Positions 35,258-44,858 of a stretch of 50,827 nt of DNA are shown here, piece after piece; position 1 is the stretch's first letter, and each line of letters starts with the position of its first letter. This DNA comes from Candidatus Omnitrophota bacterium. Its GTDB lineage: Bacteria > Ratteibacteria > UBA8468 > MWAK01. Location of the stretch: contig JAZDPL010000056.1 of the NCBI GenBank assembly GCA_043797665.1, forward strand, positions 1 to 50,827, in the 5' to 3' direction. Both the position numbers and the translations under genes were made by a program. The notes beneath the pieces are model-generated. The model saw only the letters and a list, made by a program, of their open reading frames with translations, was not told the DNA's origin and did not search any database.

Positions 35258-36145
35258 TTACCGGGGTTTAATCTCCGTCTTTTTCGAAGGTCCAAAACTC
35301 TCGTTAACCAAGTCGGATTGGGCTTTTTCCACAAAACCCCTCATTTCTTCTAAGCCATCTTTCCAGTTAGTTCCTTTTGGCAATTTCCAGAGCGCAAAGC
35401 GGATTTTCCTTGCGTCTCCGGGGTAAGTCAAGATGGTATATACCGGGTATTCGCAAACCTCCACTTCGGCCTCGACGGATAGATCCTTCTTTAGCATTAA
35501 AGCAGAAGAGCCGAAAGCGACAGGGTTGAGGTTGGCATCGTAATAGTAAACCCAGAACTCATCTTTATCCAGGATTACTTTGGCATCGTGCTGCACATTC
35601 CTCTTCGCCGTGGCAATCCAGCGATCCCTTGCCTTACCCTCCTCTGTCATCCCGCCGGGATAGTTGAGCAATGTCAAGCGAATGGAACTTACTTCTATTT
35701 TTGGATTAAGCGAGAATTCCAACATCAATTTGTCGTCATTTTCCAGAACTACTGCGGTCAAATCAACATCTGCCACCGGGTGTTTCCAGGAAAACCTGAT
35801 TACACCCTTTTTGCCTCCCTGATCGATAATAGTTACTTCGGCTCCGGAATCCAGCAGAATATTCTTGCCGTTCAATTCAAAAGCCAAAAAACCGGCGCCC
35901 TTGCCGTACCAGTTGGGAGTATCCGGCCCAAATCCCAGACCAATGGATGGTTCCGACCAGACCCTTTTACCTTCTTTGTCAACCGGTGAATTATAACGCA
36001 AAAGGATGTTTTGCTTTCCGGTATTCAAACCAATTCCGCCCTTGACCTGGTCCCGCGTATCGGTTACTGTCACAGATGCTCCGGCCAAGCCGGAAAAAAG
36101 AAATAAAACCAACAATACTGCGCCAAGAATACGCCTGACTCTCAT
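35258..36145 (-). CDS. secreted hypothetical protein (beta-rich)
   Basis: Signal peptide ending AGA-S and a long ORF in the operon. No recognisable family. Confidence 0.65.
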   Translation of the reverse strand: MRVRRILGAVLLVLFLFSGLAGASVTVTDTRDQVKGGIGLNTGKQNILLRYNSPVDKEGKRVWSEPSIGLGFGPDTPNWYGKGAGFLAFELNGKNILLDSGAEVTIIDQGGKKGVIRFSWKHPVADVDLTAVVLENDDKLMLEFSLNPKIEVSSIRLTLLNYPGGMTEEGKARDRWIATAKRNVQHDAKVILDKDEFWVYYYDANLNPVAFGSSALMLKKDLSVEAEVEVCEYPVYTILTYPGDARKIRFALWKLPKGTNWKDGLEEMRGFVEKAQSDLVNESFGPSKKTEIKPR

Positions 36146-36163
36146 TTAGAAACCCCCTCTCGA

Positions 36164-39100
36164 TTACTCAACATTAAAAGATAATTCAGATTTTTGGCCA
36201 GATATCAGTTCCTCAACCAACACCCTCCATGTTCCAACCGCATCATTTTCCGCCAGCGGTATATCCACAACGGTTGATTTTTCAGCAATCAGGATATTTT
36301 TACCGTATAATGTTTTCTCTCCGTCCGGCCCGAATATCTCGATTTTGACCGGCAAGACCCAATTTACCGGCGAGGAAGATTTAACTTTCAAATCAAGTCT
36401 CAAATTGCTACCCCGGCGGCCGGTTCCGGCGAGAGAAATTTCCAGACCGTCAATCTGGGCCGGCAGAAGAACAATAATTGTACCATCAAATCCTGGTACT
36501 GTTAAAGGAATTACAAGGTCATCGCCGTCTTGTCGGAACGACAGGCTCTTCTTTTGGTACAGGTCGTAAACGGCCTTGATATTTTTGGTATTTTTTATTC
36601 TAATCTCCTCCTTCCGTTCGTTCCGCATGTGGTTGTAAACAACCGCATATTTTAAATCTCCGGCCGCAAGAAGTTCGGCAAAGACATCCTCCGAAGGCGT
36701 TATTATATCCGGTGTAATAATATTCCTTATCTCGTCGTAATCAAGTTTCTTGGAACAATTCAAGTCTATTCTACTCGTTTCATCAAGATAGATAGACTTG
36801 TTTCTTCCGTATTCCTGAAGTTTTGTGACGACGTCGGACGGAAGTTCCTCCACTCCGGCTATGATGAAAACATCGTAGTTCCGTATGGTTCCGTTTCTAA
36901 TATCTTCCTCGGTCAATAAATCGGGGTAGAGGTCTCTTCGGTAAAGATTGGCGCAGGTATTTTCCAATATTGTTTCATAGGGTTCATCATAATTGTTAGC
37001 CAATTGGGATTTTGAATATAACAGGCCGATGCGCGAATTCCTTTTTTCCCAGCGACTGAAAAGACTCGCGTAATCAAGTGTTTTTTTGAGAAGGTTTTTG
37101 AAACCATCCATAAGAATTCCGTTTGTCCAGACGCTGCTGGCGTCCGAATAAATACAGAAACCGCCTTTTACGCCGCTCCCTAAGTACAGCCAGTACTGCA
37201 TTTTAATGGTCGGCAGGTTTTCTGTTAGAGCACCCAGATAAGTATAGGATGGTTTATTTTGCCTCTGGCCCGAAGAACGGAAAAGGTTGTAAAAAAACAG
37301 ACTTTCACCTATGTTGGAAATGTCTCCCGGGTAAACATCATAGGAGATATAATCCATACCCTTCCAGGTCGTTTCAATCCAGTTACCCTCGTGACCAAGC
37401 GGCCGCGGCGCCGCCAGGTAATAAACTTTCCACTCCGGTTTTATCGTTTTAACATAGGAACCAATTTCGGAGTGCAGTTTTTCTACCGCGTAAGCCAGGA
37501 AATCAGCGTAAACCAAGCGTTTATCCAGACCCCCCAGAACCTCCACGATTTCTCCTTTGGCGCCCTTACTTAACTTTATCTCCGGGAAATCCTGGCCGAA
37601 GATTTTTTTGAACTCGGTCCGTTCATCTTCCGTACCTGTGGCCAGGTAATTCCCCTCGTCGTCAAGATAAATAATTTCCATCGATGGAAAATTCCGGTAT
37701 GGTTTCAAGTTCTTGTCAAGATAATCCTTATGCCAGGCAATCCTATCCGGATGCGCTTTATAAAAAATACCCGCTGGTCCGTAAGCCGAAACCTGGTCTG
37801 CAAAAGAGGATGTGCGTTTGACTTTACTCAAGGCGTAATCGGCAAAAGTAAGATAATCGTTTTTCCATAGTTTACTAATCATATCCAGGTTGGTTAATCC
37901 AGCTGTCTGTTCCAGCAGGGCGAGGGAAGTATAATCATCTGCCGTAGGGATACCCATCAGGGAAACAATATATTCAGTCGGTTCTGGGTTTTTAACGACA
38001 AAAACAGACCTCACCTGTGCGGCTAATGTCTTGCCAAGATTATCCGTAACTCTTACCACGTATTTATATTCTCCGAAAGCAAGTCCTCTGGTAGAAATCG
38101 GGGTCGCAGAACAAGACCGTAGTTCCGGCTTCAGACTGGCATTCCTGATGGTTTTTCCTTCCTTATCCAGAAGTTCCAGGTTTACGGTTACTTTATCAGT
38201 CGGAATATTTTCTTCCAGCTCAATAACAGGAGCAATATCCTCACCCCGAGCATAATGATACTTATGCGACATCCTTACGTTAACTCTTGAATCATTGACT
38301 CCACTGACCGTCATCACCCCAAAACCTTCATCATCACCTGTTCCGGCCTTTATCGTATAGTTGCCATCGAGGTAAATAAGGTCTAATTTGATGGGAAGCG
38401 TTTCCGCGGCGTTCTGACCATCCTTGAGAGTCAGATTCTTCTCCAGTCTGCCATATGACCGGTTGTCAGGTCCAAAAATTTCTGCCTTAAACGAAAATGA
38501 TTCTATGCTGCTGGAATTATTTTTGATTGTAATTATTGCCTTTCCGGAAGACACCCTGATTTTAATAACCGAGATTCCTTTCGGTTTTCCGCCAAGGTAA
38601 TTAATTATCTTCTGGAAAAACAGCTCTGTATAAGGCCAGTAATATTGAAACCGGTAATCTGACATTGTCAGGGCGGCAATCTTTCCCTTGCCTAGTTCCT
38701 GAACCACCAGGAATGGGTCATCCTTAATGCGGGCCAGCACCCTGGCACCCGCCTTCTCCCTGACCTGATGGTAAGAAGGCGAAACGTTTTCAATAGGGAT
38801 ACACCCAGCAACCTCTTCGAAACCATCCGAACAAAAAACCTTATTTCCTGCGGCCATCCAATCAGGCCCTTCCAGTCTTACCGGGAGGCTCTGAGAAAAG
38901 TTCATCCTGACAATACCGCATTCCGGGCAATTCTCTTTCCTTATTTTATCCGGACCGTAAGTACCCTCTTCGCCAGGGTATTTCGTCTGGTCCACCCAGT
39001 CGCCTTCCCTGATTATAGAAACCGGAAGCAGTTTTTCAATACAACGGTAATCCCCAAAACCTAATTTGGATAAATTACTGCCCTGGCCGTAGTCAATGTA

Positions 39101-39526
39101 GTCCTTCCCCCGGCCGCCGTAAGCTCCGTAACCGCCAAGGATCAAAAGACCGTGGCCGTTTTCAACATATTTCAGGATATCTTCAACGTAATCCTGAAGA
39201 AGCTGGCCGCGGAAGTCGTTTAAAACCAGGATGTCGTAATCGTAAAGATTGACAAGGCAATCAAGATAATTATCTTCGGTCGCATTATCAACCAAAATTT
39301 CCGAACTGCCTTCCAGCATATATTTCAAGCCATCTATCGCCTGAAAAGCTACTCTTTGAGTGGGAACAATCCCGTAATCTTCGGTGGAGAGTTGTAATAT
39401 TTTGGTTGTTCCGGCATAACCTGATACGCTCAACAAACCAACCAAGCCCAGCAAAAATCCTCCGGAAAACAGCAAGCGAAATGCCTCCATAAAACCCCTC
39501 CTTTCCCCAGCACGGAATTTCTTCAT
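36164..39526 (-). CDS. large secreted multidomain protein: GATase-like domain, Ig-like domains, GH42/beta-galactosidase-like barrel and trimerisation domain
   Basis: Signal peptide; YVENGHGLLILGGYGAY...LLPV (GATase-like); YLDDEG, SYDVYP, IGLLYS and YDVFII.G; C-terminal PLAEND..G.W.V.V.ELISG. Confidence 0.6.
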   Translation of the reverse strand: MKKFRAGERRGFMEAFRLLFSGGFLLGLVGLLSVSGYAGTTKILQLSTEDYGIVPTQRVAFQAIDGLKYMLEGSSEILVDNATEDNYLDCLVNLYDYDILVLNDFRGQLLQDYVEDILKYVENGHGLLILGGYGAYGGRGKDYIDYGQGSNLSKLGFGDYRCIEKLLPVSIIREGDWVDQTKYPGEEGTYGPDKIRKENCPECGIVRMNFSQSLPVRLEGPDWMAAGNKVFCSDGFEEVAGCIPIENVSPSYHQVREKAGARVLARIKDDPFLVVQELGKGKIAALTMSDYRFQYYWPYTELFFQKIINYLGGKPKGISVIKIRVSSGKAIITIKNNSSSIESFSFKAEIFGPDNRSYGRLEKNLTLKDGQNAAETLPIKLDLIYLDGNYTIKAGTGDDEGFGVMTVSGVNDSRVNVRMSHKYHYARGEDIAPVIELEENIPTDKVTVNLELLDKEGKTIRNASLKPELRSCSATPISTRGLAFGEYKYVVRVTDNLGKTLAAQVRSVFVVKNPEPTEYIVSLMGIPTADDYTSLALLEQTAGLTNLDMISKLWKNDYLTFADYALSKVKRTSSFADQVSAYGPAGIFYKAHPDRIAWHKDYLDKNLKPYRNFPSMEIIYLDDEGNYLATGTEDERTEFKKIFGQDFPEIKLSKGAKGEIVEVLGGLDKRLVYADFLAYAVEKLHSEIGSYVKTIKPEWKVYYLAAPRPLGHEGNWIETTWKGMDYISYDVYPGDISNIGESLFFYNLFRSSGQRQNKPSYTYLGALTENLPTIKMQYWLYLGSGVKGGFCIYSDASSVWTNGILMDGFKNLLKKTLDYASLFSRWEKRNSRIGLLYSKSQLANNYDEPYETILENTCANLYRRDLYPDLLTEEDIRNGTIRNYDVFIIAGVEELPSDVVTKLQEYGRNKSIYLDETSRIDLNCSKKLDYDEIRNIITPDIITPSEDVFAELLAAGDLKYAVVYNHMRNERKEEIRIKNTKNIKAVYDLYQKKSLSFRQDGDDLVIPLTVPGFDGTIIVLLPAQIDGLEISLAGTGRRGSNLRLDLKVKSSSPVNWVLPVKIEIFGPDGEKTLYGKNILIAEKSTVVDIPLAENDAVGTWRVLVEELISGQKSELSFNVE

Positions 39527-40713
39527 TTTGGTATAATTATGATTCTTTTTTTGGGGGGCGTGCCGGAAATAATTTGCGTCGGCTGGCGGTCGGGCTGAAC
39601 AATTTGGTAGCTTTTAATCAGCGGCTTAATGAAAAAGTAGTCTTTCCCGGCAAAAGAAAAGTGTATGCCCAGAGTCTGCGACCCTTTAACCGGACGGTCA
39701 AATTTAACTGTTGAAACTTTGCCTTTGTTTAATAACACCGACTTTTCCAGTAATATTTTTTCTACCTGGCCCGGAAGCAGATACTTTATCTTCACCTCTA
39801 TCGTGCCATCTTGTAAACCATAAATCCTTAAAATTCTCTCGGAAAGCAACAGTTCTAATACTCCAAGGTCACAGACACCATCAATAGAAGAAAGGCCGGA
39901 AGTCGGCATCAGCTGCACATCAGTTCGGAAAATATCCCCCTGTTTTAACGCTACCTCATTATAAACCCATTCCATCGTAGAACTCGGTGGGTCTGTTGAA
40001 ACCCAAAAAAGCATTTTAGCCAAGTCATCATAATGGTTCCTGACGACTATTCCTTCTTTCTCTTTCTTATTTATTATTGCCATCCAGCCGTCCGTAAAAT
40101 CGGTAAAAAAGTACGGCGGCTTATTTTCACTCTTTACAGTTATTCCGTTGACTGTCGGTGCAAGACAGATTTCATTATCCGGGTCAAATTGACCTGACGG
40201 AAGGATCATATTGTGTATACGCCAGTCTATTTTTCGTTCCAGAAAACCATTATTTTCCATCTCCAGAGTGATGCGCAGAAATGGCTCATTTTCCCTCAAG
40301 GTAAATATTTTCCGGTAACGGATACCTCTGGCAGATTGTGACCGGTGGTCAAAATAAAATTCGCAACTTACCTCATCCTTTTTATCCGGAATCAGATTGA
40401 CTTTATATACAGCATCGTACATATCCCCGGGGTGAGGAATGCTCGGCGAAATATCCCGCATCAAACCGAGATTGGCGCCGGATTCTCCTTGCCAGTAAGC
40501 CAAATCGTGGCCGGTTGCCTTCTGGACTAACGATTTGATTCTGGCTCCATTGTCAGGGTCTATAATTACTTGCAGGTAGGCATTCTCCAACTGCACAAAT
40601 GAGGTCCCGTAGATCGGTTTCTCGATAAAATTAACGGTTGCCGATTCCACGCACAGCTCCATTGTTAAGAAGGTAAATAAGCAAATAAGCCATTTAAAAA
40701 AAGGCGGTTTCAT
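39523..40713 (-). CDS. secreted galactose mutarotase-like (supersandwich) protein
   Basis: Signal peptide, LENAYLQVIIDP..GARIKSL, W.IHN and TMEW motifs. Confidence 0.55.
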   Translation of the reverse strand: MKPPFFKWLICLFTFLTMELCVESATVNFIEKPIYGTSFVQLENAYLQVIIDPDNGARIKSLVQKATGHDLAYWQGESGANLGLMRDISPSIPHPGDMYDAVYKVNLIPDKKDEVSCEFYFDHRSQSARGIRYRKIFTLRENEPFLRITLEMENNGFLERKIDWRIHNMILPSGQFDPDNEICLAPTVNGITVKSENKPPYFFTDFTDGWMAIINKKEKEGIVVRNHYDDLAKMLFWVSTDPPSSTMEWVYNEVALKQGDIFRTDVQLMPTSGLSSIDGVCDLGVLELLLSERILRIYGLQDGTIEVKIKYLLPGQVEKILLEKSVLLNKGKVSTVKFDRPVKGSQTLGIHFSFAGKDYFFIKPLIKSYQIVQPDRQPTQIISGTPPKKRIIIIPK

Positions 40714-40749
40714 ATATCTTTTGTCCGAAGGATTATGCCTTTTCCGTAA

Positions 40750-41391
40750 TCAGTCGTTTACCCAGTATTTATTCCAGTTCGCTGGGTCATTCAATGTCGT
40801 ACCCAAAATCGACGAAACGCTGAAATCCATCCACAGCACATTGCACATGCCGTTATGGCGAGGATTTCCCACCCCGTAGACTATACCACTTGTAACATTA
40901 TCCGCTGTTTCAGTCAGCAGGACAGTTTCCGACGGCCTGAGCACATTGTTGAGTTTGCGGTAGGTACCGGTAGCGCCATCGCTGATGAGACATCCCTGGT
41001 AGTCTCCGTAGGATAGGTTCCCCATGCAAAAAGTTCGCGTTGCTCTTACCTTGTCACTCGGACACCGGTAAATGTACTCCGGTTTGGTCAGGTAGTCAGC
41101 ACCCAATGGCTTTCCTGTCACGTATAGTATTAGCTGATAGTACCAGCGGCCCTCCCAGGTAGGTGTATTCCAAGCAGGGAGATAATCATCCTCGTCGTTT
41201 ACGTACATCATTACGGCCAGCCCAATCTGTTTAAGGTTACTGATACAGTTTGCCTGCCTGGCTTTCTCCCTTGCCTGGCTGAGCGCCGGCAAAAGCATCG
41301 CCGCCAGGATGGCGATGATGGCGATGACCACCAAAAGTTCAATCAGGGTGAAGGCCAACGCTTTCCGCACTAATTTTCTTATCTTTGCCAT
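40750..41391 (-). CDS. prepilin-type N-terminal cleavage/methylation protein (DUF1559 / H-X9-DG class)
   Basis: [33 protein letters not shown]...C.SNLKQ, CPSD and [13 protein letters not shown]. Confidence 0.9.
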   Translation of the reverse strand: MAKIRKLVRKALAFTLIELLVVIAIIAILAAMLLPALSQAREKARQANCISNLKQIGLAVMMYVNDEDDYLPAWNTPTWEGRWYYQLILYVTGKPLGADYLTKPEYIYRCPSDKVRATRTFCMGNLSYGDYQGCLISDGATGTYRKLNNVLRPSETVLLTETADNVTSGIVYGVGNPRHNGMCNVLWMDFSVSSILGTTLNDPANWNKYWVND

Positions 41392-41412
41392 TTGCTTTGC
41401 CTCCTTGTTTTT

Positions 41413-41447
41413 GTCATTCTGAGGAAGCGTTAGTGACCGAAGAATCT
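41413..41447. repeat. GTCATTCTGAG family palindrome forming the regulator's 3' end
   Basis: GTCATTCTGAGGAAGCGTTAGTGACCGAAGAATCT. Confidence 0.72.
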
Positions 41448-42526
41448 CTGCAACCGCAAGACTCGCGGATAACCAGTGTGGGTTTTACCCTTATCCTTAT
41501 TGGAAAATCTGACCAGTCGCCTTTAATACGTTTAAGCAGTAATTCCGAAGCCATATACCCTATCTTGAAAAGACTCTGGTTTATGCTAGTAAGGCCAATA
41601 GATGGAGTAAAAATAGCGTTTTGGTCGTCGTAACCAACCACGGCGATATCTTCCGGAATTGTTAACCCAAGTTCCCTTGCAGCCCAAAAGACCTGCGTTG
41701 CCATCTGGTCGTTGAAGGCAAACACCGCCTGCGGTTTTTTGTCCCTTAGCAACTCCCTGGCCGCCTTATATCCCAGACGTTTTTCAGTATAATCAATTTT
41801 CTTGATTATCTGCACCTTTTTCGCAGCCTTCATGGCAACTTGGTAACCCTGCAAACGAAACCTGTCTTCGTAATGGCTGGGAAGAGAAAGATAGGCAATT
41901 TTATTAAAACCATGTCCAACGAGATGTTTGGTTGCCAGAAAACCGCCCAGAGAATTATCGGTACCTACCGCGTCAAATTTGTATCTTTTCAATATACGGT
42001 TTATTAAAACCAGCGGGATTTTCTTATTCCTCAACTCAGAAAGATGCGCAATAACATCCCGGTTTGCCGTGTTTTTTAAATCACCTGTTAGAGACGGCCT
42101 AATAAGATATCCGGCAACGTTGTTTTCCTTACCTCTTTTAATCTGAGTTTCCAGTCTAGTGGGCTTACCGTTGGCAAAGATAATTGCATAGTCGTGTTTG
42201 TGGGCAAAATCTTCCATTCCGGAAAGAACTTGATGGTAAATCGAGTCATCCAAAAGAATGGCCTTCCAGATCTTAGAATCAGTCCTTTTAATATCAACTC
42301 CAGAGGAAACAAACGTCCCTTTTCCATGGAGTTTTTTCAAAAGACCCTTCGCGCAAAGTTCATCTATTGCTCGCCGAAGAGTCACGCGACTTACGCCTAA
42401 GTTTTGGCAAAGAACCGGTTCGGCGGGAATTTGCTCGCCGTCCTGCCACTTGTGGATTGCTATCCTGTTTAATAAGGTGCTTTTCACTTGGTCGTAGAGA
42501 AATAGATTGTTTTGCATATAAGTCAA
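41414..42526 (-). CDS. GntR-HTH / LacI-type ligand-binding transcriptional regulator (AraR-like)
   Basis: LY.QV, IP.E..L...LGVSR.T.RRA..EL...G...GKGTFV, then [21 protein letters not shown] and LVIRESCG. Confidence 0.9.
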   Translation of the reverse strand: MTYMQNNLFLYDQVKSTLLNRIAIHKWQDGEQIPAEPVLCQNLGVSRVTLRRAIDELCAKGLLKKLHGKGTFVSSGVDIKRTDSKIWKAILLDDSIYHQVLSGMEDFAHKHDYAIIFANGKPTRLETQIKRGKENNVAGYLIRPSLTGDLKNTANRDVIAHLSELRNKKIPLVLINRILKRYKFDAVGTDNSLGGFLATKHLVGHGFNKIAYLSLPSHYEDRFRLQGYQVAMKAAKKVQIIKKIDYTEKRLGYKAARELLRDKKPQAVFAFNDQMATQVFWAARELGLTIPEDIAVVGYDDQNAIFTPSIGLTSINQSLFKIGYMASELLLKRIKGDWSDFPIRIRVKPTLVIRESCGCRDSSVTNASSE

Positions 42527-44545
42527 ATTACTTTATAAGATTCGGCGGACACCTGAAAAGATCCTGATTTCATTTTGAATTCGTTATAATTAATTACGAT
42601 TTCTCTACCATTGGAATAAGAAACCTTAAATAATCCTGGTTCTACTTCCTGATGCCTCTCTAAAGGAACGTACTGAAGATCGGCCAATTCAGAACACAAC
42701 GTTTGAAACCTCTTCGCTAAAAGCGCAAGGGTTGACTCGTATGAAAACTGTTCAACCGTTCGTCCCGTAACCTTAAAAGCGTCGGCAGAATATGCAGAAT
42801 GTCGGGTACTGAAGGAAAAGCAAGGCATAGCGCCGTATTCCACTTCCCGCAGAAGCGCGCGTTCCCGCTTTGGTCCAAAGGCAAATATTCTGTAAGCTGT
42901 TGTTGAATCGTACAGCACCAGGCTGTGGGCTACAAGAGGTGTGAAAAACACTGCCTCGTCAACCATTCCTTTACTGTAAATATCACTAATCCCCGAAATG
43001 CCTGGCACGCGCCGTTTTTCACACAGGGTGCCTATATAATCAACAACATCCCAAGCACGGCTGATGCACATCTCGGTTTGGACCGAACCAAAAACTTCCC
43101 GTGCTGCTTTTAAATTTTCACGGACAGCCTCTGCATATTGTCTTCTATTCAAAGGATGTTCCGGAGCAAAGCAGTCAAAAACGATACCAAAGACATCATC
43201 AAAATAATAGGAACCATCCAGACCAATGTCTTTCAGTCTTTTTAAGGTTGGTTTAGTAAATTTTTCCAGAATCACTGCCGGGCAGTTTCTTAAACTTAAA
43301 CCGCCGGCCCATGCCCCCCCCCCGAATAATCTCCCCGTCCCGGTCGTAACGGACCAAACTGTCATCCCAGTCCGGCGAAGAACGGTATCCGTCCTCGAAA
43401 TTATCATGAACCGAAATACGGTATCCTATCGTTTTCCCGACCTTAACCATTTTTCGGTAGCCATCTTCGCCACCCAAAGATGGTTCGATTGGGAAACGAG
43501 TCGGAAAACGGGCATCGACTCCACCGAGATTCCAGCCGCAACTTAAAACATTTGCTCGTTCAACCCCAGCCCTTTTAAGGTCTTTAAGTATGCCACCAGC
43601 CATATCAAATGGTATTCCGCTGACCATAGGCGAGGTTCCATCCAGTTTGTAATTGCTGGCATTGGCATAACGATGCTGTAACTTGATTTTCATTGCCCGG
43701 CGCAGGTAGTCGACAAGCGGTCTTTCTTTTGCCCTCTCCTTAAGACTCAACACCCCCCTCTCTTCGTGCAGGAATTTTCTTACCGTGCGAGCCATTTCGG
43801 TCAATGCATTCTCCGGAGAACAATCCAGAAAGTAATAACGGACCACTCGGTCAGAATTATCCATCCCATCTGTTTTTCGGTAACGATAATTAAAAACGGT
43901 GTGAGCAGAATGAATCTTTCTATCTCCCCAACCTACACGATATTGGATGTCGGCATCGTAATCTCCGGAAACAACAATGCCAAGCAAAGTGGTCTTTTTG
44001 GTTATAACTGCAAATACGGGGAGCAGGGTTAAATCTTCCCACCGGGTTTGTTCGGCGGAAGCCGAAACAAGGCCTGAAGCCGGACACATTCGGTTGAATC
44101 TGCAAATAGCGCCTTCTCCGGAAACAGGCATGAAAAGGAAACCTTCACTTCCAACCGGCTGGCCGCCGAAATTCGGCATCACCTCTAAACTCATCAACCG
44201 GTAGGACCAATCTTTTTCTTCTTTTAGGTGGTTGAAAGGAATAAATATTTCTAAATAATTTTCCGTAATTTTCAAATGTACTTGACAACCAATACCTGCT
44301 TCAGGAAATTGGTATTGGAATGTTATCAGCGATTCGTCCTTCTTCTCTTTGAGCCGAATTCCTCTGACAAGACCTTCGAACTTCCGTGATCGGAAAAGTG
44401 CCATGTCCCAAGCGTTCAGTTGAAGAAACGAATCACAGCCATTCCAAGGCATGCCGGAAGTTATTTCAGTTACTTCTAAAGCGCCTTTTTCGGTAGGATC
44501 CAGAACAACCTTTATCTTGCCCTGACCGGTAACAATCTTTTCCAT
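42523..44545 (-). pseudogene. DUF5696-like / glycoside hydrolase-like gene split by a frameshift at a G10 tract
   Basis: The 44545-43253 ORF (GWN.GG.D..FP..FPIEP.LGG, HDNF.D) and the 43407-42523 ORF (WAGG....CP, Y.DD, TE) join at C10 43314-43323. G9 would give one ORF. Confidence 0.75.
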
Positions 44546-44574
44546 TCTTATTTAAGATGTATTATGATGTTTTA

Positions 44575-44604
44575 ATTTTATCACATATATAATTTTTTTG
44601 TCAA
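44575..44604 (-). promoter_or_regulatory. sigma70-type promoter of the island operon
   Basis: TTGACA-18-TAAAAT with an extended TG, on the minus strand. Confidence 0.65.
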
Positions 44605-44799
44605 GACCCTCTAAAACTAATAGAGACCGGACCATCCCATCAATCATGAAATAAGAAATGCGCCGGCGCCGGTTAGGACAGAAGAAGAAACGGATTACGC
44701 AACTGGAACGGAAGGAAAAGAAGGGGTTCTCCTTTCAGACTCCCTTCGGTGGGAAGGAGAATGTACGGAAATTTAATCCCGACCTAAAGAAGTTATTAT

Positions 44800-44858
44800 C
44801 TTTACTCTACCGTAACGCTCTTCGCCAAGTTTCTGGGCTGGTCAACGTTGCAACCCCG
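44800..44858 (-). repeat. glmS-internal copy of the 59-bp direct repeat
   Basis: Matches 31727-31785 with one synonymous mismatch. Confidence 0.95.

Larger units (their letters stand above)
31786..44799 (-). mobile_element. ~13 kb genomic island at the glmS 3' end with no integrase
   Basis: Bounded by the 59-bp direct repeats. All cargo genes are on the minus strand and are non-housekeeping. Confidence 0.7.

Noticed and set aside
31727..44858. Tn7/CAST insertion at glmS
   Set aside because: No tns, tniQ or cas genes and no Tn7 ends were recognised. A 59-bp duplication of the gene end is not the Tn7 signature.
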